A DNA stretch of 63,145 bases, filler included, from Choristocarpus tenellus KU-1152 (lineage: Eukaryota; Protista; Phaeophyceae), in the NCBI GenBank assembly GCA_964200185.2. It is 10 parts of 10 records of this genome, joined end to end, with 100 filler letters (N's around TTAATTAATTAA, not from the genome) between each part and the next. Parts side by side here need not be neighbours in the genome. Positions count along the whole stretch, not along the records: positions 1 to 3,541 come from CAXNAD020019373.1; positions 3,642 to 15,853 come from CAXNAD020001920.1; positions 15,954 to 21,029 come from CAXNAD020011953.1; 7 more parts are not named here. One strand, 5' to 3'. The notes beneath the pieces are model-generated. The model was not told the DNA's origin, did no database searches, and was given only the letters and a program-made list of their open reading frames with translations. Positions 1-20,289 of this stretch are shown here, piece after piece. Position numbers and translations under genes: made by a program. Numbering within the stretch: the first letter of the stretch is position 1; each line of letters opens with the position of its first letter.

Positions 1-21
1 CCCCCCAGATATTTTAGGTCT
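1..21. mobile_element. Terminal fragment of a family-B-like MITE
   Basis: CCCCCCAGATATTTTAGGTC resembles the CCCCCCAGATACTTTGAGCC ends at 3801, 29853 and 59940, and the reverse complement of the GGACCCAAAGTATCT variant at 33443. Confidence 0.5.
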
Positions 22-99
22 TTTGACAGACGTTCTGTATCAGGGGGTCAGTGATGTGTGTGGGAGCAGCAGTTACTTGGCTTTCCAGCACCCAACATG

Positions 100-445
100 T
101 CATAGCACAGTCGACTGCAGAGGCGGAGTACATAGCCACGGGGGAATGCGTGAAGGAGTTGTTTCTGTGAGGTGTGTTGGAGTTGTTGCAACCTGATAGG
201 ACTGGGTCGTGTTATGTAGTGTATGAGGATAACACAGGAGTCATCCATTTGACTAACAAACCTTTGAGTTTCAGGAGGACTAAGCACATAGATGTGCGAC
301 ATCATTTCCTAAGGGACTTGGTAGCCAAAGGACAACTGATGATTGTTCGTGTTAGCTCAGATGAGCAGCATGAAGATGTGTTGAACAAGCCTTTAGCAGA
401 AGAATCTTTTTGGAGGCATGCAGGGGCTTTGCTAAATTTAGGTAT
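100..445 (+). mobile_element. Ty1/Copia pol C-terminus (RNase H), degenerate
   Basis: YEDNTGVIHLTNKPLSFRRTKHIDVRHHFLRDLV...DVLNKPL matches the Copia RNase H pattern EDN...RTKHID.R.HF.R....AD.LTK.L. Confidence 0.9.
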
Positions 446-570
446 GTTTAGTGGTTTGTTTCTTGGTGAATTGAATTTCTTTGTGTGTGTTTGGATTTCT
501 TTTCGAGCGAGTTCAATAATAGCTGGTTGTTTTCTTGTCAGTTCTCAAGAGATGTTTGAGCTAGGGAGGG

Positions 571-842
571 TGTTCGATTAGACTCTTCCAACTCTATCGA
601 ACAGCTGTGGCAAACTGTATATATATGGAGTAAGAGAACAATCATTAGTGATTAAGTTACAAGAACTTTTATTCGTGATGATGTATACGATAATATTTTT
701 CATATATAGAAGGAAATATTTCTGATTTAATGGGGTCCTACATGCCTCACTTAGCTTTAATCAATCACTCTACACACATCTAGCAATCTCCTTGGGTTTA
801 TCACCTTTATTCTTTTGGATGACACCTGGCAATACTTTAATA
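571..842 (+). repeat. Copia 3' LTR preceded by polypurine tract
   Basis: PPT AGGGAGGG (563-570) directly precedes TGTTCGATTAGACTCTTCCAACTCTATCG; colinear with the LTR at 28481-28748. Confidence 0.85.
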
Positions 843-1275
843 CGGCACTTCTTGCTCAATGTCGTGGTTCTTGTTACTGTGTGGGTCACGTGTGTGTGTG
901 CTCTTAAAAAGTCTGCAATTGGCGCTAAAAAATATGTCCACAAATCTTTCTTTTTTTTCGGTATTGTCACAAGCACAGTGTTAGGGCAGCGGCCTAACCC
1001 AGATCAGGTTTTTTACAAAAATTCAGCCAATCACTTCATTTTTGTACCTTCTGAGATTGTGACCATCAAAATTGCGTTGGACATGTTCCTCCCCGTTTTT
1101 TCAATTATTTAATTGGGGCATGGTTTCTTTTCATCGAAGTTTGTACATTCATGCATACAAACCTCTAAAAACCTCTTGTCATAACCTTTCATTTGATATA
1201 TTGTTGTATACTTGTGGGAATACATTAAAAAAAAAGTAAGATTGTTCCAGAGGGTAAAAGTATTGGGACCACTTT
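843..1275 (-). repeat. Unclassified interspersed repeat X, copy 1
   Basis: Reverse complement aligns by eye with ~27265-27700; ORF-track translations 792..1112(+) and 27443..27919(-) share LGQRP..DQVF..S.NHF.FV..E..T..IA..MF. Confidence 0.75.
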
Positions 1276-2149
1276 AGTAAAATAGGATATAGATATGTCT
1301 ATTTCACCTTTACCAGAACTGTTACTTTTATTTAACTGTTCTGACATTTGAATGATTTTTCATTGGTTTTCCCTTTATACATCTGTAAGTGTCAAAGGGA
1401 TGATAATAAAATACACCGAACAACCACTAGTAGTGGAAAGACGAATAGTGGAAAGTAGTTGATGGTAGTGAACTGTATCTAGCAATTTCAAAACGAGTAG
1501 TAGTTTATCTTTCAATATTTTATTTTGATGCCCTCTGACATTTTGCAGATGTGTCAGGGGGGAAACCAATGATATGTACGTTTCAATATTCAGACCATTA
1601 ATTAATATTCCAATAATACAAGTTTACAATTTTCTACACTGTTTACCAATGAATCACTTGCTTCTTTTTGATTATTATAATAAGCACACCTATAACTGAA
1701 CACTAATCATCGATCATCAATCATCATTAAATCTGGTACATTATAAGATACATCATAAAAATCAAATACGCGAACAGAAAAATCCTAACAAGAACACAAA
1801 GAGAGATATATTAGATGAATAACCAATATAAAGCAAACTCAGTTTCACAACAAACCCAAAAGTAACAGTTATCGTTAATGTGAAAGATATTTTCTGTCAT
1901 CTACTATTTAACCCAAAACTTCCATGAAGGTGCAAAATGTTGGAAGGTATAATAATATAAAGATACACACATTTATTTGTATATCCATCACTACCTCTCC
2001 ACGCTATTATCAACTCTATCAATTCTGTCTATATACAACGTCACCACTATCCACAAACAAAATGTTCCCTAACAATTTTAAACAATCATATCATTAACTT
2101 TCCAAACTTTGGCTGACTAAATGGTTTCTTGTATACATACATGATTTGA

Positions 2150-3430
2150 TTGCTTCTTCACTAGGGATAAGTTCAAAGATATACGAGGATGATCTATCAC
2201 CTTGAAGCCATCAAAAGATTGATTTGGACCTGAAGAAGTCCGATATCTGGGTTACATTTTGTCGTCTGAAGGGATTCATATGGGTGAAGCACGGCTTCGT
2301 GCCAATACGTAATTACCTAAACCCACCAATAAAAAGAAACTTCGATCTGTCCCACGTATGGTCAATTTGTACATAAATTCATGCCTAGACACTTTCATTG
2401 GATCATTAGTTCGTCTTATCAAGAAAGATGTCAATACGAACATTCCTGAAGACCAATGAACCAAAATGTGGCATTTTTCGAAGTGAAACAGTTACTAACT
2501 CCAACTCTAGCTCTCACATTTCCTTTCTTTACCAAGAGTTTGTTGTCCAAGTTGATGCAGTGAACGTGGTGATGGAGGTTTTTCAGCACAACCCCAAACC
2601 GATAATCCGAATGACCCAGGTATCTATCATGCACTTCAGCAAGAAATCAGATGAAACTCAACGTGACTATTCAGCTACGTTAAAAGAGTTTTACCTAGTC
2701 GTTGCCGCTATCATGCACTGCGTCCGTATCTCTGGGGTAGACACTTCACCTGCATTACTGATCATATCGCATTGTGTTACTTGTATAGAATGCAGGATAC
2801 CACCTGATAAAAAATTGACTGTGTCTATGTCGTATTTTTTCCGTCGTAATGGTTTACTGTATCTTTCGAATTTACCATGCCATCTTCGTTGGAGGAGGAC
2901 GTTTAGAGACCAGTTTGTCGTTCCTCGCCCATTTGCTTGTCTTGTAGTCCACAGTTGCAATGATCATGCACTATCTAGAGGTCACTTGGCTTTCAAACCC
3001 ACTTTTGATAAGGTTAGTCGTATTGGTGGCCAACATTCAATATCGATGTTCTTACATGGTGCCGTGATTGTCAGGCATGCCAAATGCGTAAGACTGCTCA
3101 TCACCAAGATGCGCTTCCCACTCGCCACGTGCCCGTTGACATACCATTTCATAGTGTTCCTCTTGATTTTGTAGATTACAACAGATGTTCCCCAGCAGCA
3201 AATGGTGTCATGTCCTTGTACATCTTGTCGGTCATTGACTACCTCCCTCGTTTTGTTGTACTGTGCCCTGTTCCAAACTAAGAGGGCAAATTATTGCTCG
3301 TATGCTGGTGGATTGTGTATTTTCATTTTTCGGCCCACCCAAGTTGTTATACTCCGATCAAGTAACCGAATCGAAAAAGAGTGCAGTTGTAAAGTGGGAG
3401 TTTCCTTGATTACAAGAACCTATATACTGA
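2150..3430 (+). mobile_element. Ty3/Gypsy pol relic (RT end, RNase H, integrase), with frameshifts and stops
   Basis: FGPEEVRYLGYILSSEGI, PKPTNKKKLRS, VQVDA, HFSKK..QRDYSATLKE, GHLAFKPTFDKV, PFHSVPLDFVDY, YILSVIDYLPRF in RT-RH-INT order. Confidence 0.85.
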
Positions 3431-3520
3431 TCCCATATGCCTCATGACTTGTATTCAGGCAGACCGCATTACTGATTTCATGCCCTCAGAACTTGACCAT
3501 ATGCTTGATTACGCTATTAT

Positions 3521-9974
<6,454 letters not shown>

Positions 9975-12900
9975 GAACACACAACTTGGAGGAGCGAGAA
10001 ATATCCCTCGGGCTTGTTAGGTTATAAATTTGAAAGCGGTCAAAACCTTTTGAAACGTTACCCCTTTGCTTTGAAGACACGGTGGAACGGTTGAGGTCTA
10101 ATTAATCTTCAGATAAACTCGATTTGGAGGTATGTACATCTCACTGAAATTCAAATATTTTTGATAGCGTGTATCTATCCCCAGAGGCCTTCGAAGCCTT
10201 AAAGAAACCAACATTAATCTTAGAAGAACGGGTTTAAATTGTTACGTATCCCGTGAACTCAACCTGTGCGAAGAAGTGTACAGGTGAAGAAGTAGTGCAA
10301 AAGATATGGTGGTAGCTATGGGGTGTATTTTCAGTAGTGCATCAAAGGGTGGTGGGAAGGGGGCAATGCAACGACGGCAAAGTATCAAAGTTCATTTTCA
10401 AGAGACTATTAGAATACAAGGTGTACATTTACACAGGAAACCTTGCTTATTCTACCCTGCTTCCTTTTGCACTGTACCTCTTAAATCTGTCCACTTCGGT
10501 TGAATGTGCCTCCCTCTGAACTATAAGTATACAGGAAATGAAGCTTCAACAATCCTCGAAAGAGCAATGGGACCAGACCACGTTTACGGTTGAACTCGCT
10601 TCTGTAGTCATGTAGCGTTATGCCTTCTCCAGACCGCTGTTTTAAGATGCATGCAAGTAAAAAATAGGCAAAAGATTAGTCCCATCGGATATGGTGGGAA
10701 GGGTCAACCCGGCTGTTGATGCGCGTGTTTTCATCTCACATTGGCACTTGATACAAAGCTTCCGTCTTCATCTCATCACCTCCAACGTTTTGCCCCTATC
10801 ACAACGACCACCACCTCCTTACTCATCTGCAAAGCTCTCAGATTTGGTTGCGGTGGAGGTTTATCCTAGTATGAGCTACAGCGGACACGATAGCCTGGTG
10901 GAGCGTGGAGTTGCGGCATTGGAGAAAGATACAAATATTTGCTCTGGAAGAGACAAAGAAAATAAAGGAAGCTGTTGGATCCTGCAAGGTCGTTGCGCTG
11001 TTATCTCTCTTTTTCTCGTTTGGTAGGTTCATATATTTGCAGTATCTCAACAGCTCTACTCGTTATTTGCTGAAGGCAACCCTGAGGCAATTCATGTCAA
11101 ATCCCACAATAGTGGAATGTTCCAATGCTTGACGATGTGCTTCCGCAGGACCAAAAAGGAATAAAATTCTGCTCCACCACACTAACCAAATTGGATACCT
11201 AGTACTTACAGGGGATGTTTTTCGTTGGTGGCGTTCTCCACCCCTTTCCCATACCCCATCATCCAACTCTGTACCAAACCATAGGCTCTCCCCCAGGTAG
11301 AGACTCTTTGAGTTTGAACTCTTACTCTGATATTTTTTTACAACCCATTGGGAACACCTAACCCAACTGCAAGGTTATCATTCCATTTCCATCCACCTCA
11401 CTCACACTGAGATAGCATCTGTCTTCTCATTTGTCACTTTTCCAATTTTGGACCAGTTTACCAGTCACTGCCATATCTCCAGTTTGTGGACTCACAATTA
11501 GGGGTTCCCACGATTGAAGTGTAGGAAACCAAAAACGGAGAAGATATTAATCATATCGAAGCTTATTTGATACACAAAGTGATATGTAATTGCTGATTCA
11601 GTTGAGCTGTTCCATGTTGTACTTCAAGTACTCCATTATTGTCCCACACTGTACCCCTCATAGGATGAAGTGGAGTGCTTCACAGCGGCCTTGATAGAGC
11701 CAGGAATAGAGGTTGCCACACAGAACACACTTTTGGAAATAACAAACAATACAAAAACAAACTTCAAGACATGGAAATGGTCAGTAGCTTAGAGAATAAG
11801 ATACCCTAAGTACTAATGACATCTCTGGTTTGTTTTGTTTCTTTGTGGCTTACCAGTAGTATTTTATTGATAGCACTTCTCACCGTATTGATGGTCAGAT
11901 GACCTAGTTTTGAGTTTACAAGACTCCAGAGCATAGTAGTGTACTACAGTACCTTTTGGTGGGGGAGAAGGGGAGGGAGGGGGAGATTAGGGTTAGGGAT
12001 AGCATTGGGTAGGTGTGTGTAGAACATGATGTTTGTGGTGAGTAGAACTAGTGACGTATGTCTCTTTTTTGTGCATTAGACCATATCTCCCCTGTGTATG
12101 TATTGTATATATATGCTGCAGAAAAGACTTGCAGTGAACATGAGTAACATTTTAACTAGAATGTTGGAATTTTTTTTAACGTTAAGATGTTGTGAATACT
12201 ATTATTAACATTATGATATTGTGTATTTTAGTATTGATAGCACTAAGAAGGCAATTGTGTTTGTCTGCTAGTCAGTTTTCTGGAACAATATGGAATTTTT
12301 TTTGTTGGCTTTGCTCCATTTTTTTCTCTTGATGGTGTCAAGGTTTCTGGATCCAAAAATACTGATTTTCAGTATAGATGGAAACCAGGACCATATTGTT
12401 ATTTTCAGTGCTTCGGAGTATCATTTACAACAAGGAGGATTGGGGTTAATATCTACTCTTGTACTCTCTTGCTTTTGTCCGGATTGATGTTGCACTAGGC
12501 ACAAACAATTCTGTCCAACACACCAAAGATGAAGATGTCCTCGATGCTGAGGTGAAGGGGGGGTTGCTGTTGTATGTAGTCCAACTGACTGGGTGCAATT
12601 CTGAACCTTAAATCCACTTTGTTTTTGCCATAATGGCAAACATATTATTTTTTATTTTTCTCCCCCCCCCCCCAACTGGCCTGTATTATGCTAGTCTTTT
12701 GCAACGATATGTTTATGTGCACAAGGGAGTTGGATGTAAGGTCTATGACTTGGCAGGAGCAGTTCAACACAAGCCAAAGACCCCAGGCAAACAATCACAA
12801 TTATGTATATATGTATTATTTGGGTATATGCTGCCGTTCTATTTCCTACATTTTATTAGGGTTTTGAATCCCCTAATAAGTGAGAGCTGATATTCTGTTG

Positions 12901-15813
12901 GGTAGTTGGGGTGAATTTAAACATTCAATGGCATCTTTTTTCTTGGCCTCAATTTGCGTAGTAAAATACCCTTTCTGTTTTTGTTGATGTGGGGTTTTTT
13001 CCTGCACTGTCATCTGGGGACTGTCCTGCCCCGATAGCAAAGGCACATCACGCTGCAAATATTGTGTATACAGTACATGGAAGGCAATCCAAATATATAT
13101 ATATGTATGTATTATGTATTACACCTTTGGGGGGGATTGATTGTTTACTGGTGTTATGCGCGGGCGCTTGCGTCAACTAACACGAGGTCCATGCAAATAG
13201 AAAACATTATGAACCGTTCTGTGCAAGCATTCTATTGGCTTGATGGTGGTATAGGGAAGGACCAGGGTGGGGATGGGAGTTTTAAGACAGTTACAACTAT
13301 CTTTGTTTGGCATCCAAAGACACTGTTACGAACCCAAGACAATCCAATCCAGACCCCAGCCCTATTATCATTGTCTTCATTATTATTATTATTACTATTA
13401 TTATATTTGTTGATATTTTTTCTACTTACAGCAAAAAATTGTAAGGAACTACCTGACCATGCGTGTCTATGACTGCAAAGGAACCAGAGAGGGAAGACAG
13501 TGCATTACCCTGATATGCCATGTACAGGGATTTCTACACCAACAACCCTCACACTCTTGCAAGGTGTGTTTACTGTTTAAAATAGGTTGTACTAGTAGAA
13601 TTATTAGTGTAAGCAATGGACTTCAATTGTACTCTCCGCATTATGAATTACATATGAACGGAATTCGTAGGTCAGAGTCTCCCTCTATTGTTTTGGAATT
13701 GAACCTGAGTCTTTTTATTTGAACATATTTTCATATTTTTCTGCTTCACTTGCATGTAGTTACGTATCTTTTTATCAATGCATTTTTTTTCTTACCTATT
13801 TTGTTCTCACGCATATTTCTTCAGTAGGATTGTTCCTGGTATTGACATTTTTTGTAACTGAAAACTGTTTCTTGTTGGAGGTGACCGGTCGTTGTATACG
13901 ATCAAGGATAAACTTGTCATGCACTGTTCCGTTGCACTGACAAACAATGGCAGAAATGGGTAGGATGAGAGGCGGTGATGCAGTCGTACCGGTCTTGAAG
14001 ACTTCCTCAACAGCTGGTTGCATAACACATGATCAATTTAGGTGTATGAATTGCCTTCTGTGTACAAATGAACTGGGTGCAGGCTTGACCTTCCAGGTGC
14101 CAGCAGCTGCATGGACAAGGACACCAAGCGCAACGGAAAAGGAAGCAGTGATGAACGAGCTTACGCTCTGGCGATCAATACCGAAAGGAGAGAGACGTCG
14201 TGTGAAACTGTCTCACATGATATTAATGTTAACCGTTTTTTTTGCTGTCTTTGTGAAGATATCCAGTCCTGCTGCCAATCGATCTCTTGCAACTCAAATA
14301 TTTGGTTCCAGCTTGTAGAGGCTCTGTAGCTTTTGTGCAGCCTTCTCTTTTATATTTTTTTATCTCATAGATCAAAATGTGTGGGTGTTGGTTGGGTTTC
14401 TTAGTGGGTTGGGATCAACAGGCCCTCAACTTGTGTTGAACGGGTTTGAAGAGAGCCTCTTCTGTAAGAGAACAACCCACATACTCATGAGATGTATGGT
14501 AGCTTTGTAGTATACCCTTTAATGACAATTTGTTCATTTTTTTTTCTACGTTTCTTTGCCTGTTTGAAGGTACACTGTGAGTGTTTAGTATACTTCTGAC
14601 TTCGTGCTGTTCCATCCTCAAGAGTCTCCAGCACACAAGAAGACAATATATGAAAGATTCTCAAGAGAAGATCCTTCTTTGGAATGCTCTTTATACCCGT
14701 TCTTTAAATCGGCAGTTGCAATCCTTCATTTGAGTCCAACAGGCCACAATGATCCTATGTTTCTGACCCACTTTTGTCCACAAAACTTTCATGGTCCCAA
14801 ATATTTGACAACGAAGTCTACAATTCCAAAGTACAAGTGTTACTTGTTGGTGTGCTCTCATTATCCTCCACTGCGGTGGAACATGTCACTGGCTGTGCTA
14901 AACCAAATGTACATCAATGTCTATTACCACCATACCGTTATATGTACTGAATATTAGTATACCCACTATTGCGCAGATGTGTCAGTGGTGGGGGAAACCA
15001 AAATATTTTTACAGATTCACTCACTTGGTCGGTATGTTTCAGTTTTTTTCGATTTTATTTTGATTTAGTTGATACAGTAACATGTGACTAAGAACTATAC
15101 TGTTTACACTGTATGTGGAACTAATTGGTACCATTCGCAGTAAACCTACAACAATATACTCCAGAGTATATATATAGAGCTCAACCAACTGCCGATTTCC
15201 AGATCTGCAGTAAGTGGGAAATTTCCAGATTATTCTGCAGCCTGCGTGTGAAAATGCTTTATTTAGAACAAGAAAAACACTAGTATGTTTTTCAATTGAG
15301 CTGCATAATAATCATAGTAATTATTATTATTATTATTTGTTTACTCTGATGTCACAACAGTGACCACAAAGAATGAGCAGTTTTGAAAGACCCTCTTGTT
15401 CTTGATTATTATATTTTTTTATTGTACGCTTGTTGTCTCCTGGGACATTTTAGGGGTGACAACACAAGAGTTGGTCCGTCCGTCCTGACTAAGTTTTAGA
15501 TGTCCTCATCATGTCAGAACATTTTGGTCAACCAAAAATGTATTTGACTTGAGTCTTTTTAAGAACTGGTCCCAAGGACGGATTTCCTCCTTGAGAATTT
15601 CCTCCTTGAGAATGAACCGTTCCTGCTTATTTTTTAATTTGTGCACCCAACATGGTCCCCACCCACAGCAACTTTATTGAAGTTGTCAAGATACATCAGC
15701 ACACCACTGAGGCTGTAACCGCATGCATGGCAACACTACTTTTCCACTGTTTAGTTAAGAACAGACCTTGACTTCAAGCAAAGGTCGGCCAATGGTATGC
15801 TGCAACAAACTTT

Positions 15814-15853
15814 GGCTCAAAGTATCTGGGAGGGGGTGGTGGCTGTCCATTTG
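15814..15853. mobile_element. MITE family B end, truncated by spacer
   Basis: GGCTCAAAGTATCTGGGAGGGGGTGGTGGCTGTCCATTTG. Confidence 0.85.
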
Positions 15854-15953
15854 NNNNNNNNNNNNNNNNNNNNNNNNNNNNNNNNNNNNNNNNNNNNTTA
15901 ATTAATTAANNNNNNNNNNNNNNNNNNNNNNNNNNNNNNNNNNNNNNNNNNNN

Positions 15954-18571
15954 GGGTTGGCTTGCTTTTGCTGAAAGGGCGGTTACGGGTGTGGGGAATA
16001 GGACCGGTTCATCAAATTGGAGGGCGGGGGGGAGGGGGAACTCAATGGGCTCCGGGGGAAAGGATCTGGAGGGCCAGGCTGCGGCGGCCACAGCTGCTGC
16101 ACTGGCTCTATTGGGGGGGGAGGGGAGCACACAGACACTTACTGATCGTCAGTGCCTTGAGGAATTTGGTGTCACAGTAGAATTGAGGTCATCGTTGGCT
16201 CTTGCTGGGATCATTAAGCAAGGGCTCCTCGCTAGCAGGGGTGAGAAAGATAGAGGCGGGGAAGGGGATGAAGACCCAGCAAAGGCTGCAGTATGTCTGA
16301 TGGTCTTGAGGTGGGTGCTCATGGAGGGGGGGTCAGATGCCGGGATGTGTGCTGCTGAAGTTCGGGTGTCTGGAGGTGGGGGGGGTGGGGGGGGGTGGGG
16401 ACCGCCAACTTCTTCAACGTTGCAGGTGGCTATGAAGCTGTTGGTAGATGGACACCAGGTTATTGTGATGGCTCAGGTGAGAGGGGACAGAGTTTTTGTT
16501 TTGCAAAGGTTTGTGCGAAGGGGGGGGAGGGGTATAGAGGTTTGCCCTTTAGGGATGATGTCAGTTGATTTTTTTTTTTGCTTATAATGGTTTGGAATGA
16601 AATGTAAAAAATTGATACACCCTTTTTGAATGTATAATGTGAAAATCATAATCTCTTAGTTACTAGTTTCAACAACCTGAGTTTTCTGCATATATGGACT
16701 TGAGATTCTTGTTGCGAATGGGTTTTGATCCCCCCCTCCCCCCCCTGCCGCCACCTCCTATTCCCACCCACTCCACTCAGAAAGGGCTGATGGATAGCGA
16801 AGATCCAGCCACTTGCCCCCTGGAGCTTTGTCAGTACCTGGTGGCACTGGCAGAGTTGATGTGTGTTTGGGTGGGACCGGGCAGCTCACCAGCTCTGACA
16901 ACTAGGATCCTCAGCAATGGAGCTAATTGGGCGCTACTCAGCACGCTGGGGAAGGCGCTGGACCTAGGGGTAAGTGTGAAGGGCAGGGGAGAAGGGGGAG
17001 ATTTCATAGTTGCGTTGGACCAAGAAGTTTACTTGTTTTTGAAGTGGATTTTTTGTTGTTTGAAGGGCTGAAGGTTTGTATGGAACAAGGGGCTATCATA
17101 TCTGGATGGATGCTGTTCTAAAGCTGTTGGAAGCTGTTCTAAAGCTGTTGGAAGCTGTTCTATGCCTTTGATTTCAAGGATATGTTTTTTTCAAGGTGTT
17201 TCCTTCGAAAAGCATTGCTATAGCCACTTTGAAGTCTCACGTGTAAACCGTATGGTACCTATCCTAGTCTGAAGCAGACTTGCCTCCGACTGACTTGATA
17301 AGTATCGTAGCAAGAATCACTGGAACCCCTGGCATAGAAAGCCTTCAATCAGTGAAAAGGCAGAATTGGCTATGGGACACCTGCTCCTTAGATAGAGGAG
17401 AGTCCAATCAGTTGTTTGAATGGGGTAGTAGTTGTATACAGGGTTAAGGATGGCAGTATATGTGTACTCAAGTGTGTTGAAGTATATGCTGTATTGTAAT
17501 GCTGCAACTGTAGATACTGTAACATCATAATACTTTGCCAACCTTCAACCTCTCTTACCTATTTGACTGGAATTGGGAAATCTCTCAAGTTTTGTCAACT
17601 GCCAGTGCCCCCCCAATTTGTCCCATATTTTGAATCCACTGAAACGGTATTTTAAATTCAGCCTTCACTTGAAGGAAGTAGGCAGAAGGAAGGCGTGCAT
17701 CGGTACTTGAATGGTTTGGAAGGGATTAGGGTTAGGGTTAGGTTCAGGGGCTGGAGGTGGAATGTGTCTGGGATGATGTGGTTACTTTTAGAAGGTGATG
17801 GACAAGGGGGAAAGGACTAGCTTTTTTTTTATTTTATCACCTCGCGTATGTTCTACTGAGAAGGTTATACTGTGGTGGAGTGGCTTGATGCAGAGTTTTT
17901 GCATCCTTCTCATACGATCAGGGAAGGGCATTGGAAGCGGTATTTTATGATTGAGAGATTGAATGGATTATCATGTATGCGCTCTGGAAGTCTTGGTGGA
18001 GGAAAAAGATTCAAAGGAGATTCAAAGGAGATTCAAAGCTTACTGTACAAAGACCTGCTCTCTTTATAGTATGCCTATAGCTAAGTCAGTAATACATCAA
18101 GCAGTGCAGGATTAGTTCAGATTGCTTGGAAGTTGGCTATGTGTGATACAGAGTTCGATTATTGAAACTGCAGTGATTTATAGGAAGAATGCCTATGTTT
18201 TGTCATTCCTCTTTTGGAAGCAGCTTTGACTCCACCGACCATGAAAAGGCGTTCTCTTCTCCTTCTGTTCCGTCCATTTCCAGGTGGACCACATTGGTTC
18301 CGCCAAGAACCACTTTGGTTACCTTCACTCCATGGTGGCTGTACTTTTTGCAAATCTCCTCGTGGTTGCTAGGACCAATGTGGGACCAGGAGTTGGACCA
18401 AATGCCAATCTGTCAGCGCTTGCTGCTGCCATTTCCAAGCAGGTGTGTTGCCGATATTGCCGAAGAGGAGTATAGTGAGTTGTTGGCGTTTATGTACTTC
18501 ATGTTCACAAGTTTGTGACTGACTACCTTTTGTGTCTGATCCAACAGTGCTTTGGCAAACATACATACATG

Positions 18572-18612
<41 letters not shown>

Positions 18613-20289
18613 GGTGCATGGCTCTCTTCCCTTGTAGGTGGGACTATACCGCTTTTGCCGGGCATTGGATAGTGCAAGTGACTGGGCTGCAGCCTACTCT
18701 AGACACGAACTGGTTTCTTCTAAGAATGTGGAGGGCATGGAATTTGAAAGCCCCTCTATGACAGGTGTGGTGTAATAACAGTCCACTTTGTCAGATCCCG
18801 TCCCATGATTACACTCACACACACAAACACACACACACACACACACTATGGACCTAACTGTGTGATGTAGATATGTATGTTTTTGCATGCGGCTAAGTGT
18901 ATAAACACAAGTGTAGCACAAAAAAATCATTCAAATAATCGGTTCAGCTATGGTATGGAGTACCTAACAGAGGTAGTTTTGTAATTAGTTTTGAACCTAA
19001 TATTGGACAGCAAGCACTGGAAATATTCCAATGCCTAAAAATCAATATCTCACCTTGACTATTTTGTAATGCAATTGCTATTGATAGTCATAGTAGTAGT
19101 GATTGGCACTCCTGTTGAGACTCTTTCTGCGCATTTTTTTTTAGCAGACTTATCTACTCTATCTGGGGGAACAAAGCTCTACTGCTTTATCTAAAGACAC
19201 GTTCCGGATTTTCTCGCGTGGATATTCATTGAAACTGTTTGCTATTTCTTGCTGTCTTGTCTGTTAGATCAAGAATGGTACAAGAATGGGGATAGGTACT
19301 AGCTTGTAGAAGACCACAGGTCAATAGGTATTGCACGCTGTGCCTGGAGAGGTTTGTTCCTGACGTCAGATGCACATGTGCTAGTCATGGCGATTCACGC
19401 ATCCACAACAATATGATTGTGGCCTTGGTTCCTCAAGCTCAACTCTTTCTCCTGTCTCCTTTTGTTTCCGCCTCCATATACCCGACATAACACACCTTCA
19501 TGAATACCAGCTGACCTGAAGTTCAGAACTTTCATTGTGAAGGCCGTGGGAGAAGCACAGAAGTCTCTGATTGACCTCATTGTGAGGGTGGGGGATGGGC
19601 GAAGGGGAGACTCTGCTTTTGTGGCACCATCCAACGTGTACAGAATAGGTGGGGAAGGTTTGGGAGGTGAGGACATGCACCACTGCCAAGAGATGATGCA
19701 AAGGCAGGAGCAGAGGATTGTAGAATTGGAACAGAAGTTGAGAACAGCCATGGACCGTATTGGGGCTGGCACTGAGGGAGGATCAGGAGCGGAGAAGCAG
19801 GGTGGTCCATCTTGTCTAAAGCAGGACACTAATATGGTTGCGGTTGAGGCCAGTGTGGAGGAGAGGGGAGGAGAAGGAGGAACGGTAGCGATGACTGGGG
19901 CAGGGGCAAGTAATAGTCACGGCGGCGGGAACGTGGGATATGAGCGGGCTCTTGGGGGCAATGGGGTGAGTATGGAGGCTGAGATAGGGGCTAGTGACAG
20001 CCAGGGCAGTTGGAACATGGGATATGAGCATGTTCCAGTGGGGGAGAGGGAAGTGGAGGGGGAGGTGCCAACTGTGGTAGGGGTTAGTGATAGCCATGGC
20101 AGTGGGAACATGAGATATGAGCAACAGACCCTAGGGTGGATGGGGGGTGGGGGAGAGATGGTGGTGTCCGGGACTAGAGCTCATGATATACAGGGCAGTG
20201 AGGATATGGGACGTGAGCAGGTTCTAGGATGGAGCAGAGAATCTGAGGGGGAGGATGCATGGTGGGCTGGGAGGGGGGAGGAGGTGTAG
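15954..20289 (+). CDS. USO1: USO1/p115-like Golgi vesicle tether (end of head domain plus start of coiled coil), partial
   Basis: Phase-consistent exons <15954-16476, 16781-16969, 18284-18442, 18638-18764, 19511-~20283. YLVALAELMCVW, LAAAISKQVGLYRFCRAL and DLKFRTFIVKAVGEAQKSLI followed by heptads QRQEQRIVELEQKL resemble the p115 head C-terminus. N-terminal exons unresolved (possibly 10.8-14.2 kb). Confidence 0.55.
18575..18611. repeat. (CA)n microsatellite
   Basis: Perfect CA run; others at ~18815-18845, (GT)n ~47910-47940, (AT)n ~33189-33212, (AG)-rich ~4248-4278. Confidence 0.95.

Noticed and set aside
1545-1570. GCAGATGTGTCAG..GGGGGAAACCAA shared with ~14973-15001
   Set aside because: Probably an old repeat fragment; too short to delimit or classify.
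10840-14200. Candidate N-terminal USO1 exons
   Set aside because: Splice-like sites exist, but no recognisable p115 N-terminal motif, and a spacer separates them from the supported exons.
17113-17162. 21-bp tandem duplication, and similar short ones near 6523, 15592, 18008 and 25688
   Set aside because: Two to three copies, unrelated to each other; ordinary slippage or local duplication.
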